A DNA stretch of 64,000 nt, taken from the NCBI GenBank assembly GCA_019752815.1, contig JAIELQ010000006.1, forward strand, positions 1,577 to 65,576, in the 5' to 3' direction. The translations under genes and the position numbers were made by a program. This stretch comes from Patescibacteria group bacterium (GTDB lineage Bacteria > Patescibacteriota > Minisyncoccia > Phycocordibacterales > UBA918). This document shows, piece after piece, positions 46,534 to 56,813 of this stretch. Position 1 is the first letter of the stretch. Each line of letters starts with the position of its first letter. Under the pieces are notes generated by a model. That model worked only from the letters and a program-made list of their open reading frames with translations, did no database searches and had not been told where the DNA came from.

Positions 46534-46756
46534 CAAAGGTCGGTGTAGGGTATTGGCAATTTCTAAAAAGATGCTATAATATTGATAAGTGAGGGGGTTG
46601 AACTCCTTTCGCCTCGGATGTTACGTCCGCACTGTCCCTCGTTCGCACTGAGGTCTGTGTTTGTCTTCGGATTTGAACGCGATCTCGCCGCTTGGTTTGT
46701 CAGCTTGCTGGCAAACCAAGCGGATTTTTTTATATTGCATACGTTATACTATTTAC

Positions 46757-47833
46757 ATGAATCTTCGGGACACGTTCCATCATGCCAAGCGTCATTGGCT
46801 GACCATCGCCTTTATTTTAGGGTTTGTCACTGACTACATCTTACTTAATCGGATTGATGATACGTTTGATAATGCCTTATTGTTCTTTTATGTGGTGTTG
46901 GCGTCACTTTCGATTTTGCTTTTGTATGCCAGTATTGCCGAGAAACTGGGCTCTAAGCCCTCGGCCTTTTTTCGTAAAATTGCCCCGATATTAATGCAGT
47001 ACTCATTTGGGGGTTTGTTTTCGGGGATGCTTATTTTTTATAGTCGTAGTGGTGCTTTGTGGGCATCATGGCCATTCCTACTTTTGTTTATCGCTGCTAT
47101 CTACGGTAATGAGACAGTGCGTAATCGGGGTCAACAATTAGTGTTTAACGTGCTGGCATATTTTGTGGGATTGTTCTCGTACCTCGTGATGGTGATACCA
47201 GTTTTGTTGGGTCGGATGGGGCCAGAAATTTTTGTGGCGAGCGGATTGCTGGCATTAGTAATTGTGTACATGCTGGTACAACTGCTAACAAAAATCATTC
47301 CCAACTACATGGCACTCCAGACTAAACCAATTGTCTTTATGGTGTTTGGGTTATTTGTGGGGCTCAATACGCTTTATTTCACAAACATCATTCCACCAAT
47401 TCCACTGTCTCTCCAAGAAATCAATATTGTGCATTCGGTCGTGAAGTTCGGTGACTCGGGGTACGAGCTGACATTAGAACCAATACCGTGGTACCGAGTA
47501 GATAAAAAGATCAACCTGGTTTTTCATCCGTCAGACACTGGTACGGTCGCGTGTTTTACACGAGTGTTTGCCCCCGCCAAAATTGATACCGATATTTATC
47601 ATCTCTGGGAGTATAAAAATGCCGATGGCGCCTGGACTGAGTATTTTAAAAAATCCTATCCCATTACCGGCAAGGCTGTAAATGGGTATCGAGGCTGGAC
47701 CGCCATAACCGCTAGTCGTGATGGAGAGTGGCGTTGCAGTGTAGAAACACAACGGGGGCAGGTGCTCGGCAGTAAACGATTCACTATTGATAATTCTGTT
47801 TCTCCGAGGGTCCTCGAAAAAGTAGTTGACTAA
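46757..47833 (+). CDS. DUF2914-like multi-TM membrane protein
   Basis: Q..FG.L.S....Y.RS, IPPIPLSL, VFAP....T.IYH.W, GYRG, G.WRC.VET..GQ. Confidence 0.75.
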   Translation: MNLRDTFHHAKRHWLTIAFILGFVTDYILLNRIDDTFDNALLFFYVVLASLSILLLYASIAEKLGSKPSAFFRKIAPILMQYSFGGLFSGMLIFYSRSGALWASWPFLLLFIAAIYGNETVRNRGQQLVFNVLAYFVGLFSYLVMVIPVLLGRMGPEIFVASGLLALVIVYMLVQLLTKIIPNYMALQTKPIVFMVFGLFVGLNTLYFTNIIPPIPLSLQEINIVHSVVKFGDSGYELTLEPIPWYRVDKKINLVFHPSDTGTVACFTRVFAPAKIDTDIYHLWEYKNADGAWTEYFKKSYPITGKAVNGYRGWTAITASRDGEWRCSVETQRGQVLGSKRFTIDNSVSPRVLEKVVD

Positions 47834-47900
47834 TTACAATATCATGCTATGGTATGCGTCCTGCAAACAGGGCAGGGAGTTATAGAAGGATATCAAAGAC

Positions 47901-48113
47901 ATGATGCAGCACGGAGAAACCGGAGCGCAGTTGCCGCGAAACTTGTCTCGAAAGCGCGGCAGAGAAGTTGTGCAAATGCACAACGGAAATACGTCACGCG
48001 TGTGGCGAGGAGGTAACCTCTTTGCAGTGCCTCACCCAGACGCGATGAAAGGCGTTGTGGTCGAAACGAAGCGGACAAGGGTTTACCAAAAACCCATTCA
48101 AAAGGGTAACTGA
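47901..48113 (+). CDS. small hypothetical protein
   Basis: 70-aa ORF with promoter-like TATGCG, SD-like AAGGA and downstream terminator. Confidence 0.45.
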   Translation: MMQHGETGAQLPRNLSRKRGREVVQMHNGNTSRVWRGGNLFAVPHPDAMKGVVVETKRTRVYQKPIQKGN

Positions 48114-48229
48114 CGAAGGACAGTGGTTCGCGGGAATCCTCCCGCGACCACGCAATATTCGCTCGTGCCTCGGCACGGGTTTTTTTGATACTAACCCTCG
48201 TGGTAATTATTTGCTATAGTGTGCCTATT

Positions 48230-49996
48230 ATGGAAGCCGTCATTAGAACAGCCGTCGCCGAAGCCCTAGCAACCCTTGGATTACCGCCAAGTGATTTTGT
48301 GATTGAACACCCGGGCGACATCAGTCATGGTGACTATGCCTGTAACGTGGCTATGGTCTCTATGAGGGCACAAGCTGTAGAAGGTACAGAATACACTGGT
48401 AAAAAAATATCAACTTTGGATACATTTACACCTCGAACTCCAACAAGACCAGGTTTTAAGAACCCTAGAGAATTAGCGGTACTAATCAAAGAAAAACTAG
48501 AAGGCCAAATCGAATATGTTGAAAAAATTGAAATTGCCGGTCCAGGATTTATCAATTTTTATTTCACTCGTGATTTCTTTGTGGCTGAAACCAATCGGAT
48601 TATAAACCTAGGTGAAAACTGGGGGCGAAATGATTCGTGGGCAGATAAAAAAGTAGTGGTGGAATACACTGATCCCAATCCGTTTAAAGAGTTTCATATT
48701 GGACACTTGTTTACCAACGCAGTTGGGGAAAGTATTGCCCGACTATTTATGATGGCCGGAGCGGATGTGCGGCGAGTATGTTACCAGGGAGATGTTGGAC
48801 TTCATGTTGCTCACGCTATTTGGGGGATGCAAAAATTGGGCATGACTTCTGAGAGTGATTTTACGGCAAAAGATTTGGGGCGAGCCTACGCTACCGGAGC
48901 CACTGCTTATAAAGAAAATGAGTCAGCTAAAACAGAAATCACTGTACTTAATAAAGTTATTTATGAACGAAGTGACGAGAGAGTTAACGCACTCTACGAC
49001 GCAGGGCGAAGAGTTTCCCTGGCTTACTTTGAAACGATCTACAAGTTGGTAGGTACCGAATTCTCAGAATATTTTTTTGAGAGTGAAGCTGCGGGCGTTG
49101 GGAAGGAATTGGTTTTAAATAATCCAGAAATATTTCCCTTAAGTGATGGGGCACATATATTTGAAGGAGAAAAATACGGATTGCATACTCGAGTATTTTT
49201 GAACAAGCTTGGTTTGCCGACGTATGAAGCAAAAGAGCTCGCACTCGCCAAACTCAAAAATGACCGACTCGGCGGGTATGATCATTCTGTTATTTCAACA
49301 GCGAATGAAATTAGCGAATACTTCAAAGTTTTAAAAAAAGCTATGGGATTTGTTTATCCTGAACTCGCGGCTAAAACAGAACACATTGGACATGGTATGG
49401 TGAAGCTAGCTACCGGTAAGATGTCATCTCGAACGGGAGATGTGATTTCAGCAATAGATTTTATTGCTGATGTGGCCCAGTCAGCTCACGACAAAATTAC
49501 TGAAACAGGTATGACAATAGCGTCACCGGAGCTCTCAAATGATATTGCGATTGGAGCTATTAAATACGCCACATTGCGAGGGAGTATTTTGCAGGATTCA
49601 GTGTTTGATAAGGAGCGAGCACTTAGTTTTGAAGGTGATTCTGGTCCATACCTACAATATACGCATGCCCGTATCTGTAGTGTGCTCGATAAAGCACGTG
49701 CAGCCGGCATTGTTCCTTCACTGACACCTGCACCAACAGAGCCATATCTCATTGAAAAAACTTTGTACCGATTTGAAGAGGTGGTACAAGCAGCTCTCGA
49801 TGACCGTGCCCCACACAAGGTGGTAGGGTATCTCACCGAACTCGCTGGCGCTTTTAACACTTTCTACGCTCATGAAAAAATGGCTGATGCTACAGATAAA
49901 TTCGCACCGTACAAATGTCTCCTTGCCCAGGCAGTGGCGACCACCCTTAAAAACGGTTTGTTTATTCTTGCCATTAAAGCTCCAGAACGATTGTAG
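48230..49996 (+). CDS. argS: arginyl-tRNA synthetase
   Basis: HGDYA.N, GPGFINF, NP.K.FHIGH, KMSSRTG, G.SGPYLQY.HAR. Confidence 0.96.
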   Translation: MEAVIRTAVAEALATLGLPPSDFVIEHPGDISHGDYACNVAMVSMRAQAVEGTEYTGKKISTLDTFTPRTPTRPGFKNPRELAVLIKEKLEGQIEYVEKIEIAGPGFINFYFTRDFFVAETNRIINLGENWGRNDSWADKKVVVEYTDPNPFKEFHIGHLFTNAVGESIARLFMMAGADVRRVCYQGDVGLHVAHAIWGMQKLGMTSESDFTAKDLGRAYATGATAYKENESAKTEITVLNKVIYERSDERVNALYDAGRRVSLAYFETIYKLVGTEFSEYFFESEAAGVGKELVLNNPEIFPLSDGAHIFEGEKYGLHTRVFLNKLGLPTYEAKELALAKLKNDRLGGYDHSVISTANEISEYFKVLKKAMGFVYPELAAKTEHIGHGMVKLATGKMSSRTGDVISAIDFIADVAQSAHDKITETGMTIASPELSNDIAIGAIKYATLRGSILQDSVFDKERALSFEGDSGPYLQYTHARICSVLDKARAAGIVPSLTPAPTEPYLIEKTLYRFEEVVQAALDDRAPHKVVGYLTELAGAFNTFYAHEKMADATDKFAPYKCLLAQAVATTLKNGLFILAIKAPERL

Positions 49997-50087
49997 TCTG
50001 ATTTGACGGTTGGCATATTCTTAGTATGCTTGTCGGTAGGTTGTTCGGTACGGAACACGCAAACAGAAAATCCATCGAGAGGGGCAG

Positions 50088-50204
50088 ATGTTCGTAAAAA
50101 TATTCTTGGAGCTCTATCAGCCGACCTGGCAAGAAGTTCTCTCTAGAGAAGCAGGGAGACGCCATCGCGAGGATTGGCTCTGCCATTTGGGTTTTAACAG
50201 GTGA
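50088..50204 (+). CDS. 38-aa small protein (not in ORF track)
   Basis: MFVKIFLELYQPTWQEVLSREAGRRHREDWLCHLGFNR. TTGACG..TATGCT promoter, SD GAGAGGGG, terminator AAAAGCGCGG/CCGCGCTTTT right after the stop. Confidence 0.45.
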   Translation: MFVKIFLELYQPTWQEVLSREAGRRHREDWLCHLGFNR

Positions 50205-50335
50205 ATAAAAAGCGCGGCAGGTCCGCGCTTTTCGCTTTCTAGCAGGAACCCATTTTTGTGGTACTATAAAAAAGCTGGTCTGATACATCAGTTTTATTAG
50301 TATGTCTGATACACATACGTAACTCATTTTTATAT

Positions 50336-53300
50336 ATGAACAAAGCCCATGGACGGGAGAATGACTCAGTTGCAGTTGTTCCCGAAGTTGATAAATCAGA
50401 AGTAGCGATTCGTGAAGAAGCTATCCAAGCATTTTGGCTGGAGCACGATATTTTTAATAAAAGTATAGAAAAACCAGCCGGTGAAGATCCTGCCGGCCAG
50501 TTTACCTTTTACGATGGTCCGCCGTTTGCGACGGGTACCCCACACTACGGACATATTTTAGCGAGTACGATAAAAGACACGGTACCACGATTTTGGACCA
50601 TGAACGGCCTTCGGGTTAATCGCACCTGGGGGTGGGATTGCCATGGGTTGCCACTCGAGAACCTCATTGAGAAAAAACTAGGTTTAGCAACTAAACGTGA
50701 CATCGAGGAATACGGTGTGAAGAATTTTAATGAAGCTGCTCGTAGTACCGTGATGGAATATGCCGACTACTGGAAAATGGCTATTCCACGTATGGGACGC
50801 TGGGCCGATATGGAGAACGACTACAAAACCATGGATAGCACCTACACCGAAAGTGTGTGGTGGGTGTTTTCAGAACTCCATAAAAAGGGATTAGTGTTTG
50901 AAGGTTTTAAAACCATGCACTTGTGTCCGCGCTGTGGTACGACCTTAAGTAACTTTGAAGTTAACCAAGGCTATAAAGACATCAAAGACATCGCGGTGAC
51001 CGTTAAACTACCTCTTCTTGATGACGCTGGCAACGTAACCGATACGTCACTCCTAGTTTGGACAACCACACCGTGGACACTGCCCGGGAATATGGCGGCG
51101 GCGGTTCATCATGAGCTGGATTATGTAAAAGTGAAAGTGTCTGCAGATGGAGTTTCGGAATACTATATTTTAGCGAAAGGCCGACTGTCACAATTAGGAG
51201 AAGCGGCTTATGAAACGGTTGAGGAAATGAAAGGTGCTGCCTTGGTTGGGAAATCGTATCAGTCACCATTTAACTACCTGCACACCCAAGACTTTGATAA
51301 AACAAACGCTTGGAAAATTTGGCATGCAGATTATGTAGAGGTGGGAACCGAAGGTACGGGAGCAGTGCATATTGCACCAGCCTATGGGGACGACGACATG
51401 AAATTGGCTCAAGCTAATAACGTTCCAATTATTCATCACGTCGACACGGCCGGGCATTTTGTGTCGTTTGTGACCGATTTTGCGGGGCGATTAGTTAAGC
51501 CAAAAGACGATGATACTGCTGGTGTAGATCACAAAGACACCGACATTGAAATCCTTAAAGCCCTCCAAGCAGCCGGTAAAGTATTTAAAAAAGAAAACAT
51601 CACCCACAGCTACCCGCACTGTTGGCGTTGTGATACACCACTACTTAACTACGCGACGACCTCGTGGTTTGTGAACGTACCAAAAATCAAAGACGAACTA
51701 ATTGCCGCGAACAATGCGGTGAACTGGATTCCGGATCATGTCGGTAGTAACCGGTTTGGTAATTGGCTCGAGGGGGCGCGTGATTGGGCAGTATCACGTC
51801 AGCGGTACTGGGGAGCACCACTACCAATTTGGAAAAACCCAAAAACGGGCGATTTCAAAGTGTTTGGCTCATTAGCAGAATTGCAACAGTATGTGCCAAA
51901 AAGTGGCAATACATACTTTGTGATGCGCCATGCCGAGGCAGCGAGTAATCTGACTGGAATCATTGACGCCATCGCTGACGAAAACAATCCGCTGACTGAA
52001 GCCGGTATAACTCAGTGTAAAGAAGCAGCCGAAACATTGCGTACCAAGGGTATTACCCATATCGTCCATTCGGGTATGCAGCGTACGCGCGAAACGGCGC
52101 TCGCTATTGCCCGTGAACTTGGTCTGCCTGAAACTGCCGTATCAGCTGATGCGCGCATAATTGAATTACAAACCGGTGCTGCGTACGAAGGTAAAACCTG
52201 GGATGAATACAATGCTAATTACAGTAGTGAAGAAGAGAAATTTACCAAAGTAATTCCTGGTGTTGAAAATCGCTACGACCTGATTAAACGAGCAGGGGAG
52301 TTTCTGTATGATTTTGACGCTGCTCATCAAAACGAAACGGTATTAATTGTGGGGCACGCCAGTTCAACGTTTGCATTGCGGTGTGTGGCCGAGGGAGCTG
52401 AACATAAACGAGTGATCGAGCTTAAAAAACAAGGCTACTACAAAAATGCTGAGGTGCATGCGCTCCCATTTACCCCGGTACCACACAACGATTTATACGC
52501 CTTGGATTACCACCGACCGTATATTGATGATATTAAGTTGGTTGATACTGACGGTACCCAATTAGTTCGGGTGCCTGACGTGTTTGATTGTTGGTTTGAA
52601 TCGGGCTCAATGCCGTACGCGCAACATCACTTCATGGGGCAAAACCCTGAGCAGTTTTTAGCGACCCAATTCCCGGCGCAGTTTATTGCCGAGGGTCTCG
52701 ACCAAACGCGGGGTTGGTTCTATTCACTTATTGTGCTTGGCACTGCGTTATTTGGAAAAGCACCGTTTGAAAATGTGATTGTAAACGGACTAGCACTCGC
52801 TGAAGATGGTAAAAAAATGAGTAAGTCCCTCAAGAATTATCCTGATCCAATGGAGCTGGTAGATAGAGTAGGGGCAGACGCTGTTCGCTACTATATGCTC
52901 ACTGCACCAATTGTACGTGGCGAGGATTTGAACTTTAGTGAGAAAGAAGTCACTGAATTGCAACGTAAAAATATCGGTCGTCTCCACAACGTGCTCGCCA
53001 TGTATGAGATGTACGCCAACGGCACTGATGCGTCCGGAGCCTCAGATACGATTTTAGATCGCTGGATATTGGCGCGACTCAACCAATTAATTGCTGATAC
53101 TACAGCTGGGTACAAATCATACGAACTTGATAAAGCCACCCGGCCGCTGGCTGATTTTATTGATGATGTATCGGTCTGGTACCTCCGTCGCAGTCGGGAA
53201 CGTCTCAAGTCAGATGATAGTGAGGATAAAACTAAAGTCCTCGGCACCTTACGATTTATTTTACGAGAGCTGGCTAAAGTAATGGCTCCAGCCATGCCGT

Positions 53301-53893
53301 TTTATGCAGAGTATCTGTATCGGGCTGTTCGCGCAGAATCAGAACCTGAAAGTGTACACCTCACCGCTTGGCCTACAGGGGATACTGTCGACACTGGGTT
53401 AATCGAAAGTATGGGTGTAGTCCGCATGTTTGTTACAGCGGGGCTAGAAGCGCGAACCAAAGCCAACATCAAAGTACGCCAACCATTGTCAGAATTATTT
53501 ATTCGAACGACGATGTTGCCTGACACCGAACTGCTTGATCTCATCAAAGATGAGTTAAATGTAAAACAAATTAGTTTAGATGGGGTAGAGAGCGGAGCTG
53601 ATACCACCTCAAAAATCACCCTCATAACTGAGTTAACGCCCGAGCTGATTGCGGAAGGGGCAGTACGTGAAGTAATGCGAGCGGTGCAGGATATGCGTAA
53701 AGATGCTGGTTTGGAACCTAGCGATCGGATTGTGCTCACGATTGATACAAACGAGAATGGTCAAAATGCTGTCAACACCCATAAGGAAAGTTTGCTTAAA
53801 ACGGTCGGTGCTACAGATATTGTATTTGATGTCACCTTTGGAACTAGCGTTACGAGTGGAGACTATAGTTTTGTTTGTGCAATTTCGCAATAA
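50336..53893 (+). CDS. ileS: isoleucyl-tRNA synthetase (IleRS2 type) with inserted histidine-phosphatase domain
   Basis: DGPPFATG.PHYGH, GWDCHGLP, WTTTPWTLP, SRQRYWG, EG.DQTRGWF, KMSKS. Confidence 0.96.
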   Translation: MNKAHGRENDSVAVVPEVDKSEVAIREEAIQAFWLEHDIFNKSIEKPAGEDPAGQFTFYDGPPFATGTPHYGHILASTIKDTVPRFWTMNGLRVNRTWGWDCHGLPLENLIEKKLGLATKRDIEEYGVKNFNEAARSTVMEYADYWKMAIPRMGRWADMENDYKTMDSTYTESVWWVFSELHKKGLVFEGFKTMHLCPRCGTTLSNFEVNQGYKDIKDIAVTVKLPLLDDAGNVTDTSLLVWTTTPWTLPGNMAAAVHHELDYVKVKVSADGVSEYYILAKGRLSQLGEAAYETVEEMKGAALVGKSYQSPFNYLHTQDFDKTNAWKIWHADYVEVGTEGTGAVHIAPAYGDDDMKLAQANNVPIIHHVDTAGHFVSFVTDFAGRLVKPKDDDTAGVDHKDTDIEILKALQAAGKVFKKENITHSYPHCWRCDTPLLNYATTSWFVNVPKIKDELIAANNAVNWIPDHVGSNRFGNWLEGARDWAVSRQRYWGAPLPIWKNPKTGDFKVFGSLAELQQYVPKSGNTYFVMRHAEAASNLTGIIDAIADENNPLTEAGITQCKEAAETLRTKGITHIVHSGMQRTRETALAIARELGLPETAVSADARIIELQTGAAYEGKTWDEYNANYSSEEEKFTKVIPGVENRYDLIKRAGEFLYDFDAAHQNETVLIVGHASSTFALRCVAEGAEHKRVIELKKQGYYKNAEVHALPFTPVPHNDLYALDYHRPYIDDIKLVDTDGTQLVRVPDVFDCWFESGSMPYAQHHFMGQNPEQFLATQFPAQFIAEGLDQTRGWFYSLIVLGTALFGKAPFENVIVNGLALAEDGKKMSKSLKNYPDPMELVDRVGADAVRYYMLTAPIVRGEDLNFSEKEVTELQRKNIGRLHNVLAMYEMYANGTDASGASDTILDRWILARLNQLIADTTAGYKSYELDKATRPLADFIDDVSVWYLRRSRERLKSDDSEDKTKVLGTLRFILRELAKVMAPAMPFYAEYLYRAVRAESEPESVHLTAWPTGDTVDTGLIESMGVVRMFVTAGLEARTKANIKVRQPLSELFIRTTMLPDTELLDLIKDELNVKQISLDGVESGADTTSKITLITELTPELIAEGAVREVMRAVQDMRKDAGLEPSDRIVLTIDTNENGQNAVNTHKESLLKTVGATDIVFDVTFGTSVTSGDYSFVCAISQ

Positions 53894-53952
53894 TATTTTG
53901 CTCGTCATCTTTCAAGTAATCAACTAGTGTGTTAAAAATCGATGAAATACTA

Positions 53953-54023
53953 GGTGAGAAAGTCTGGGAGACTTTCGCAAGAGGTTACCAGCTTTTTTTC
54001 TAAAATAGCGATAACCTGAACAG
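53953..54023 (-). repeat. bulged-hairpin repeat copy F with flanking GTGAGAA..TTCGCAAG hairpin
   Basis: GAGGTTACCAGC...GCGATAACCTG, a compensatory variant of the family. Confidence 0.7.
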
Positions 54024-54099
54024 CTTTTGTAAAAAGAACAAGGAAAAGTCAGCCCCCCATGGGAAACAAACAATAAAATCTACATATGAATTTTCCAGT

Positions 54100-54684
54100 A
54101 TGAGCTATCAAACTTATATAACAAATGCAGTTATTGTAGGTAGTTTTGACAGTAACACTGCAGACAAATCATACCTCCTCTTTACCCGCGATGCCGGGAT
54201 GATTTATGCGTCTGCACGCAGTGTGCGTGAAGAGCGGAGTCGGCAACGATTTGCGCTTCAGGATTTTAGTCGTATTACGGTTTCACTTATTAAAGGCAAA
54301 ACGGGTTGGCGCATTGGCAGTGTACAGTCGGAAGGCAATTATTTTGTAGAGGCAAACGACCGGGCGGTGCGAGGGAGTATTGTACGTATTTGCAAACTAC
54401 TGCGTCGCTTTGTAGCTGGCGAAGAACCACATCCTGATTTGTACGAAGAAATAGTAGCGGGACTCGAACATCTGGTTAACCCGACTCTGCCTAATCGTAA
54501 TTTAATTGAGGAGATTATTCTGGCGCGAGTATTGTATCGTCTCGGGTATATTGCGAGTGCCAGTGATATTGCACCGGTGCTTGATACTGACCTTTCAACC
54601 TTGTTCACAACTGAATTGAAAGATACGTTGTTGGCTCGATTGAAAACAATAACTACTAAGGCTACTACCGCGAGTCACCTTTAA
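54100..54684 (+). CDS. recO: DNA repair protein RecO
   Basis: ADK...L.TRD.G.I.A.ARSVR...S OB-fold N-terminus. Confidence 0.8.
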   Translation: MSYQTYITNAVIVGSFDSNTADKSYLLFTRDAGMIYASARSVREERSRQRFALQDFSRITVSLIKGKTGWRIGSVQSEGNYFVEANDRAVRGSIVRICKLLRRFVAGEEPHPDLYEEIVAGLEHLVNPTLPNRNLIEEIILARVLYRLGYIASASDIAPVLDTDLSTLFTTELKDTLLARLKTITTKATTASHL

Positions 54685-54806
54685 GACCTTCGTAAACGAC
54701 ACACTTCTTTGTTGTCCAGCGTAAAATATTCCTCATCGTACTAAAAAGTACGACTCGTAATATTTTACTTGCACGCCTCGAATTGTGCTCATTTACATAG
54801 GTCTTA
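54685..54806. repeat. palindromic intergenic repeat, family 3 copy 1
   Basis: CTTTGTTG..GTAAAAT..CCTCA..TAC.AAAAAGTA..CTCG..ATTTT.CTTGC matches the reverse complement of 63400-63518. Confidence 0.6.
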
Positions 54807-54836
54807 ATTTTGAGAAATGATATACTAGTAATCACC

Positions 54837-56789
54837 ATGGCATTACTAAAAGACCAAGCTCAAATAGATGAAATGCGTCGCCGTTTGTATGAGCGGGGTG
54901 GAAGCGTGCAGCCTAATGAACGACATGGTTTGACGCCAATTGAACAAACTCCCCAAACAACCTGGCCGGGCCAAAAAACAGTCCCGGATCGGACTCCATT
55001 AACTGACCATCGGGCAGAGGAGCTTGATGAACCAATGCTCACATTGCATGAAGAAGTGGTAAAGAAAAAAGCGCGTTATTCGTACCGCAGTATTATCTTA
55101 TTAGGCACATTAGGATTGTTTTTGGTAACGGTTCTATTTTCGACTCTGTATCTCATGTTTGGCAACAGTCAAATATCTAATGACAATATTAGTATTGCGA
55201 TTAACGCACCGTTAACTATCGGCGGTGGGGAGGTAATGGATATTCAGGTATCAGTTACAAATCAAAACAAAGTCCCCATTGAATCTGCTGTTTTGATTAT
55301 TAACTATCCCTCAGGTACCAAATCAATTGATACTCCAGCCCGCGACCTCTACGAAGAGCGCGTAACGCTGAACCGAATCAATGCCGGTGAAGCAATTAAC
55401 ATTCCCCTTAAAGCCGTAATGTATGGCGAAGAAAATCAAGAACGACAAATCAAAGCCACGATTGAGTATCGTTTAACAGATTCAAATGGAACGTTTTATA
55501 AAGAGAGTGATCCGCTCACGTTTAAAATTAGCTCATCGCCAGTCGTAATTCGAGTTGAATCAACCAAAAAAGTTTCGGCTGGACAAGATGTGGAAATTAA
55601 GCTGACGGTTCAGTCGAATGCCTCAACGCCAATCAAGGATTTGCTCATCACTGCTAATTATCCTGTTAATTTTGACTACAGTAGCTCTAATCCAACGCCA
55701 GACTTTCGTGAAAATGCCTGGTTAATCAAAGAGCTTTTGCCGGAAAAGTCAGCTACTATTGTATTGCGGGGGGCAATTATAGGTAAACAAGCAGAGGAGT
55801 TCCAGCTGCAGTTTTCTGCCGGTACACCACAACAAGACAACCAATTTATAATTGGGTCAGTGTTAGCCAACGCCACTACTGATTTTGTGATTGAGCAACC
55901 GTTCATTGATGTTGGAATCGGTGTAAATAGTTTTTCAACAGAAGTCGTAACACTACCAACTGGGCAGAACACCCTGGTTGAAGTAACAGTACAAAATACC
56001 TTAGATCAAACACTCTATGACATGGCGGTTGAAGTAGGGATTAAAGGAAATATTTTAGTCCGCGAAAATGTCCAAGTTACCAGAGGATTTTATGATTCAA
56101 CCAAAGACGTCATCAGATTTGATCCTTCAGGAGATAGGAGTCTGGCTACCGTTGCACCAGGAGCTACTAAAAAGTTTTCCTTTACTTTGAGACCAGGTGA
56201 TCAAACATCAACCCCTTCATATAACCTAACAGCCAATGCATATGCGCGGCGAGTGAACGAATCAAGTGCCACTGAGCAACTAGTGGGTACTGCAAAAACT
56301 GAAGTTAAATTTACCTCATCAGTGGCCGTTGGTCGTACCGTTGCCCGGAATGTTCCCGGCTTTGTGGATGCTGGACCAATTCCGCCAGCCCCCGATACCA
56401 AGACTACGTATACGGTTACCCTTAATGCGAGTGCGGGTGGTAATGATGTGACCGGAGCAGTTCTAACGACGTCGTTGCCACAGTATGTCAGTTGGGAGAA
56501 TTTGAGTCTCGGTGATGGTACGCTCGCGTTTAACCCAGTGAGCAAAGAAATTACCTGGACAGTGGGAGAAATAAAGGCTGGCTCTAAAAAATCAACGACC
56601 TTCCAAGTCGGGCTCTTGCCAAGTCAGAACCAAATTGGTACAACTCCTGCAGTGATTGGAACCCAACGTTTCCGCGCCACTGACCGATTCACAAACGAAG
56701 TCATCCGAGCCGAAGCGCCACCCGCAAGTTCAGAGTTAGGACTAGAATCCGGCTTTGAAGAACAAAACGGTGTAGTAACGCGTCCATAA
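54837..56789 (+). CDS. membrane-anchored multi-Ig-like-domain protein
   Basis: One TM near residue 95, beta-rich repeats, GP.PP....T.YTV and ITW.VG motifs. Confidence 0.65.
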   Translation: MALLKDQAQIDEMRRRLYERGGSVQPNERHGLTPIEQTPQTTWPGQKTVPDRTPLTDHRAEELDEPMLTLHEEVVKKKARYSYRSIILLGTLGLFLVTVLFSTLYLMFGNSQISNDNISIAINAPLTIGGGEVMDIQVSVTNQNKVPIESAVLIINYPSGTKSIDTPARDLYEERVTLNRINAGEAINIPLKAVMYGEENQERQIKATIEYRLTDSNGTFYKESDPLTFKISSSPVVIRVESTKKVSAGQDVEIKLTVQSNASTPIKDLLITANYPVNFDYSSSNPTPDFRENAWLIKELLPEKSATIVLRGAIIGKQAEEFQLQFSAGTPQQDNQFIIGSVLANATTDFVIEQPFIDVGIGVNSFSTEVVTLPTGQNTLVEVTVQNTLDQTLYDMAVEVGIKGNILVRENVQVTRGFYDSTKDVIRFDPSGDRSLATVAPGATKKFSFTLRPGDQTSTPSYNLTANAYARRVNESSATEQLVGTAKTEVKFTSSVAVGRTVARNVPGFVDAGPIPPAPDTKTTYTVTLNASAGGNDVTGAVLTTSLPQYVSWENLSLGDGTLAFNPVSKEITWTVGEIKAGSKKSTTFQVGLLPSQNQIGTTPAVIGTQRFRATDRFTNEVIRAEAPPASSELGLESGFEEQNGVVTRP

Positions 56790-56813
56790 TCACTTACTAA
56801 TTAACTTTACCGT

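Noticed and set aside
48364-48460. Extra ~30-aa segment in the ArgRS N-terminal domain as an intein or repeat insertion
   Set aside because: Too short, with no intein motifs or match to the repeat families. Probably a variable loop.
50000-50335. T-box riboswitch upstream of ileS
   Set aside because: No GGTGGNACCGCG T-box. TGTGGTACTAT reads better as an extended -10, and a small SD-led ORF with terminator explains the region.
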